Source: Chloroflexota bacterium
GTDB taxonomy: Bacteria > Chloroflexota > Limnocylindria > Limnocylindrales > CSP1-4
NCBI GenBank assembly: GCA_017881915.1
Contig: JADGQK010000001.1
Span: forward strand, 2,889 to 66,888
Direction of reading: 5' to 3'
Length of the DNA stretch: 64,000 bases
The position numbers were made by a program, and so were the translations under genes. The notes below the pieces were generated by a model that worked only from the letters and a program-made list of their open reading frames with translations, had not been told where the DNA came from and did not search any database. Below, one piece after another: positions 63,499 through 64,000 of the stretch (positions are counted from its first letter, which is position 1; every line of letters begins with the position of its first letter).

Positions 63499-63501
63499 CG
63501 G

Positions 63502-63993
63502 CTACGCCTCCGGCTCGGCGCCGGTTTCGAGCGGGATCGCCAGCGGTCGGTGCTCGAAGGCGCTCGAGTAGACCACGTCCGTCTCGGTCGTGTACACGAA
63601 CGGGATCGCCTGGATCCGCTTCATCACCCGCTCGAGGTCGAGGGTGTCAGCCGCCCGGACCTTGAGCAGGTAGTCGGCTTCGCCCGCGATGTGATGGCAT
63701 TCCTCGACCTCGGGGAGCTGGCCGAAGGCGTCGGTCAGGTCGGTCGAGGGCGGCCCGGGCGACTGCCGAACCCAGCTGAAGGCGAGGATCCCGCGGCCGA
63801 GGGCACGTGCATCGAGCCGGGCGGCATAGCCCTGGATCACGCCCCTGGCCTCGAGCTTCTTGACCCGCTCGTGGGCCGACGGCGCGCTCATCCCCACCGC
63901 GGCCCCGATATCCGCAAAGGACGCCCGGCCATCCCGCTGGAGGATGTCCAGGATCCGGAGGTCAACTCGGCTGAGTGCGTCCTGTCGAGGCAT
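63502..63993 (-). CDS. Lrp/AsnC-family transcriptional regulator
   Basis: The HTH region is LDLRILDILQRDGRASFADIGAAVGMSAPSAHERVKKLEARGVI, followed by a C-terminal RAM/AsnC_trans_reg-like domain. Confidence 0.9.
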   Translation of the reverse strand: MPRQDALSRVDLRILDILQRDGRASFADIGAAVGMSAPSAHERVKKLEARGVIQGYAARLDARALGRGILAFSWVRQSPGPPSTDLTDAFGQLPEVEECHHIAGEADYLLKVRAADTLDLERVMKRIQAIPFVYTTETDVVYSSAFEHRPLAIPLETGAEPEA

Positions 63994-64000
63994 CGGGTCC

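Overview
This is a 64-kb window from a very GC-rich chromosome (about 70% by eye, not computed). Gene content suggests an Actinomycetota-like, high-GC terrabacterial organism, but this taxonomic guess is inference only. The supporting genes are cbs-metB, a DUF3052 protein, Lhr, Ku-LigD, coaX and an ECF sigma/anti-sigma pair. I support about 55 protein-coding genes, mostly housekeeping or metabolic, and many are translationally coupled through ATGA/GTGA overlaps. I found no rRNA, tRNA or CRISPR array. Most long ORFs in the six-frame track are Arg/Pro/Gly-rich antisense artefacts of the GC content. Several real genes start well inside their track ORFs, and I trimmed those by homology onset, upstream stop codons and RBS or -10 signals. 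The most interesting content is: (1) A cyanophycin locus (cphB-cphA) sits next to a second CphA-like protein. That protein has the CphA N-domain fused directly to a complete Mur-ligase-type M domain and has no ATP-grasp domain. (2) Two families of roughly 180-215-bp MITE-like elements with long terminal inverted repeats have two copies each. All four copies lie in tail-to-tail intergenic gaps, and the family-2 pair brackets the Ku-LigD segment. (3) A tightly coupled cax-MFS-(papain/C39-like) operon. (4) An AcuC-type deacetylase fused to a GNAT acetyltransferase. (5) An orphan NuoN/MnhD-like membrane protein coupled to a polytopic partner. (6) Two secreted proteins of unknown function lie divergent from an orphan ABC permease pair. 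All functional calls come from motif recognition by eye and from memory of protein families. No database search was possible, and start codons are approximate.
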